DNA of 26,760 bases from a virus (Duplodnaviria > Caudoviricetes): the IMG/VR virus record IMGVR_UViG_3300036833_000021, positions 1 through 26,760 of that record. One strand, written 5' to 3'. A model generated the notes under the pieces. That model was not told where the DNA came from. It saw nothing but the letters and a program-made list of their open reading frames with translations, and searched no databases. Shown here piece after piece: positions 24,408 through 26,760 of this stretch (position 1 is its first letter; the number at the start of each line of letters is the position of its first letter). A program made the translations under genes and the position numbers.

Positions 24408-25544
24408 ATGCCGTTTGTCCGCCCGTCGCTGACCGCGCTGCGCAACACCGCAATTCAGGATATCACGACCTCGGGCGTCCCGGGCCTCACGGGGCTGTTG
24501 CGCAACGCCGTGCTGCGCGTGCTCGCCTGGTGCATGGCGGGTCTTGCGTACAGCGTCTATGGCTATGCCGACTGGATCGCCCGCATGGGCGTTCCGTTCA
24601 CCGCCACGGACGAGTTTCTCTATGCCTGGGCGGCGCTGATCGGCGTCTATCCAAAGGCCGCGACCGCGGCCTCGGGCTCGGCCGCATTCACCGCCGGCAC
24701 ACCCGGCATCGTGCTGCCGGGCGGCACGCCGCTAACCCGCCAGGACGGCACGCCCTACGTGACGACCGCGGATGGGACGGTGGACGTCAACGGCAACGTC
24801 ACCGTGCCGATGACCGCGACGGCTTTCGGCGCCTACACCAATTGCGATGCAGGCACGGCGATCTCGATCGCGCAGCCGATCGGCGGCATCAACTCCGGCG
24901 GTCTGACCGTCGGTGTCGCGACCGGCGGCGCCGACGCCGAGACGACCGACGAGCTGCGCTCCCGCATGCTCGCCAAATACCGCGCGCCGCCGCAGGGCGG
25001 GGCAGCGAGCGACTATGTGCTGTGGGCGCTCGAGGTGCCCGGTGTGACCCGCGCCTGGTGCGAGCCGCTCGCCATGGGTACGGGCTCGGTGACGGTCTAT
25101 CCGATGCTCGACGAGGCCGAGGCGGTGCATGGCGGGTTCCCGCAGGGGACCAACGGCGTTTCGCACCTCGAGGCGCGCCCGGCCACCGGCATCGCGACCG
25201 GCGACCAGGGCGAGGTCGCCGACTATATCTACCCGCTGCAGCCGGTCACCGCGCTGGTCTATGTCGTGGCGCCAGTGGCCTATCCGGTGAACGTCACCCT
25301 CGAGGAGCTCGACCCCAACACGCTGGACGTTCAGAACGCGATCATCGCGGCGCTCGAGGACATGTTTCTGGCGATTGGGGAGCCCGGCGGCGTGCTCTAT
25401 CCCTCGGACCTGTACGAGGCGATCCTTGCCACGCCGGGGATCAATCATTTCAACATGACAGTGCCGGCCGGCGACATCGATCTGCCGACCAGCGCGCTGC
25501 CGGTCATGGGACAACTGACGGTGCTCGCACCGGGGCCGACCTGA
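24408..25544 (+). CDS. Baseplate wedge protein J (Mu gp47-like)
   Basis: MPF.RP.L..L, PFTATDEFL..W, GGADAE..DELR.R.L..Y..PPQGGA.SDY..WALEVPGVTRAW, QPVTA.V.V.AP. Confidence 0.97.
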   Translation: MPFVRPSLTALRNTAIQDITTSGVPGLTGLLRNAVLRVLAWCMAGLAYSVYGYADWIARMGVPFTATDEFLYAWAALIGVYPKAATAASGSAAFTAGTPGIVLPGGTPLTRQDGTPYVTTADGTVDVNGNVTVPMTATAFGAYTNCDAGTAISIAQPIGGINSGGLTVGVATGGADAETTDELRSRMLAKYRAPPQGGAASDYVLWALEVPGVTRAWCEPLAMGTGSVTVYPMLDEAEAVHGGFPQGTNGVSHLEARPATGIATGDQGEVADYIYPLQPVTALVYVVAPVAYPVNVTLEELDPNTLDVQNAIIAALEDMFLAIGEPGGVLYPSDLYEAILATPGINHFNMTVPAGDIDLPTSALPVMGQLTVLAPGPT

Positions 25545-26140
25545 TGCCGCTGCCGACATACTCCGCAAAGGAGTACGCCTACCAGTTTCAGCGCCTCTTG
25601 CCACGCGGGCGGGTGTGGCACCGCGGGCTCGGCATGGTCGAAGACGCCGATATCGAGGTGCTGATGCCGACGTGGGCGCGGCTGCAGTCGCGGCTCAACG
25701 ACCTGATCGCCGAGATTTTCCCGTGCTCGACCCTGCAGCTGCTGCCCGAATGGGAGGCCTCGCTCGGTCTGCCCGACCCGTGCACTGGCCCCTTGCCGAC
25801 GATCCAGCAGCGGATCGCGGCGGTCTGCGCCAAGTTTTCGGCGCGCGGCGGCCAGAGCAAAGACTACTATATCGCTGTCGCCAAGGCGCTCGGCTTCACG
25901 ATCACGATCACCGAATTCGCGCCGTTCCGCGCCGGTCTCAACCGCACCGGCGATCCGCTTAATGGCGAAGCGTGGGCGCTCACCTGGCGGATCAATGTAC
26001 TCGACCTTACGGTGATCTACTTCCGCACCGGTCTGTCGACGGCACGCGAGCGGCTGCGCGAGTGGAGCAACCTGCTGCTCGAATGCGTGATGAACGCAAT
26101 CAAGCCGGCTCATACGATTCTGGAATTCGCCTATTTTTGA
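25544..26140 (+). CDS. Baseplate wedge protein (Mu gp48 / YmfQ DUF2313-like)
   Basis: Start re-assigned to ATG 25544. LLPRGRVW, LLPEWE.SLGLPDPC, GGQS..Y.I.VA..LGF.ITITEF, LEC.....KPAHT.L.F.Y. Confidence 0.95.
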   Translation: MPLPTYSAKEYAYQFQRLLPRGRVWHRGLGMVEDADIEVLMPTWARLQSRLNDLIAEIFPCSTLQLLPEWEASLGLPDPCTGPLPTIQQRIAAVCAKFSARGGQSKDYYIAVAKALGFTITITEFAPFRAGLNRTGDPLNGEAWALTWRINVLDLTVIYFRTGLSTARERLREWSNLLLECVMNAIKPAHTILEFAYF

Positions 26141-26152
26141 TGGAGGGACGAC

Positions 26153-26338
26153 ATGCTGCAACCGACTGACGAATTGACGGTGCGCATGACTGCGGCCGAA
26201 TGGAACCAAATCCTGGCCGTGCTCAGCGAAGGTGCTTACCGGATCGTGGCACCCCTGATCATCAAGATCCGCGACCAGGGCATGGCGCAGGATCAGCGGC
26301 CGGCCAACAGCGAAGACGCCGCGCATGTTCCGCATTGA
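26153..26338 (+). CDS. Small helical hypothetical protein (tail-fibre associated)
   Basis: GGAGGG RBS; EWNQILAVL...Y..VAPLI.KI..Q amphipathic pattern; overlaps the fibre start. Confidence 0.7.
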   Translation: MLQPTDELTVRMTAAEWNQILAVLSEGAYRIVAPLIIKIRDQGMAQDQRPANSEDAAHVPH

Positions 26339-26760
26339 CAACACCAGCGCGGTCACTTCGCTACCGATCATTCCGCCGACCGGCATACCGGGGTTTTTCA
26401 CTAACGGCAACCCGACGCTCGGAATACAGGCGACAATCGTCGATGCCTGGTGGGCCAACATGCTGCAGGAGGAGATTCTCGCCGTCGTCAATGCGGCCGC
26501 GATCACCCCCAGCAAGACCGACAACGGGCAGCTGCTCAAGGCGCTGCATTCGATCTTTGCGACGGCGGGTCTCTATCTGCCGCTAGCGGGCGGCACGATG
26601 ACCGGGTTTCCGCTGCTGCTGGCGCGCGATCCGGTGCTGAATATGGAGGCGGCGACACGCCAGTTCGTGCTGGCTCAGCTCGGAGTAGGACAGACCGGGT
26701 TTCTGCCGCTGACCGGCGGCACGCTCCACAATCCGGGCCTCAGTGATCCGCTGGTGATCC
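26325..26760 (+). CDS. Tail fibre protein, Mu gpS-like N-terminus (runs off the window; not in the ORF track)
   Basis: Manual translation MFRIDNTSAVTSLP...GFFTNGNPTLGIQATIVDAWWANMLQEEILAVVNAAAITPSKTDNGQLLKAL...YLPLAGGTMTG...AATRQFV...FLPLTGGTL; no stop before the window end. Confidence 0.92.
   Translation, partial: MFRIDNTSAVTSLPIIPPTGIPGFFTNGNPTLGIQATIVDAWWANMLQEEILAVVNAAAITPSKTDNGQLLKALHSIFATAGLYLPLAGGTMTGFPLLLARDPVLNMEAATRQFVLAQLGVGQTGFLPLTGGTLHNPGLSDPLVI

Larger units (their letters stand above)
52..26760 (+). mobile_element. Phage/prophage virion morphogenesis operon (HK97-type head + Mu-like contractile tail)
   Basis: Continuous co-oriented genes in canonical order from terminase to tail fibre, mostly joined by ATGA/TGATG/TAATG/GTGA overlaps. 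No integrase or att site lies in the window, so prophage versus free phage cannot be decided. Confidence 0.97.

Overview
The whole window is one tightly coupled, + strand late (morphogenesis) operon of a GC-rich tailed phage or prophage. The host is probably a proteobacterium, but this is inference. An HK97-type packaging/head module (P27-family TerS, TerL, portal, prohead protease, major capsid, head-tail joining genes) is joined to a Mu-like contractile tail (gp37, gp38, sheath, tube, chaperone with a -1 frameshift, tape measure, gpN, gpP, gp45-gp48, tail fibre truncated at the window edge). The most unusual part is a ~4.9 kb cassette (9092-14015) between the tail terminator and gp38. It holds a cytoplasmic fibre-like gene, five consecutive genes with signal peptides, paired cysteines and (in several) virion fibre/lectin/beta-propeller-like domains, and a 40-aa membrane peptide. 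This suggests exported, disulfide-folded virion appendages or surface proteins. Other oddities are a W-D-G-G repeat module fused to two unrelated tail proteins, a collagen/fibre-extended baseplate spike, a capsid protein with an acidic N-terminal tract and a ~110-aa Pro-rich C-terminal tail, two muralytic domains in the tape measure, a split gpN, and three HNH-related insertions. All family assignments come from motif recognition and synteny; no searches were run.
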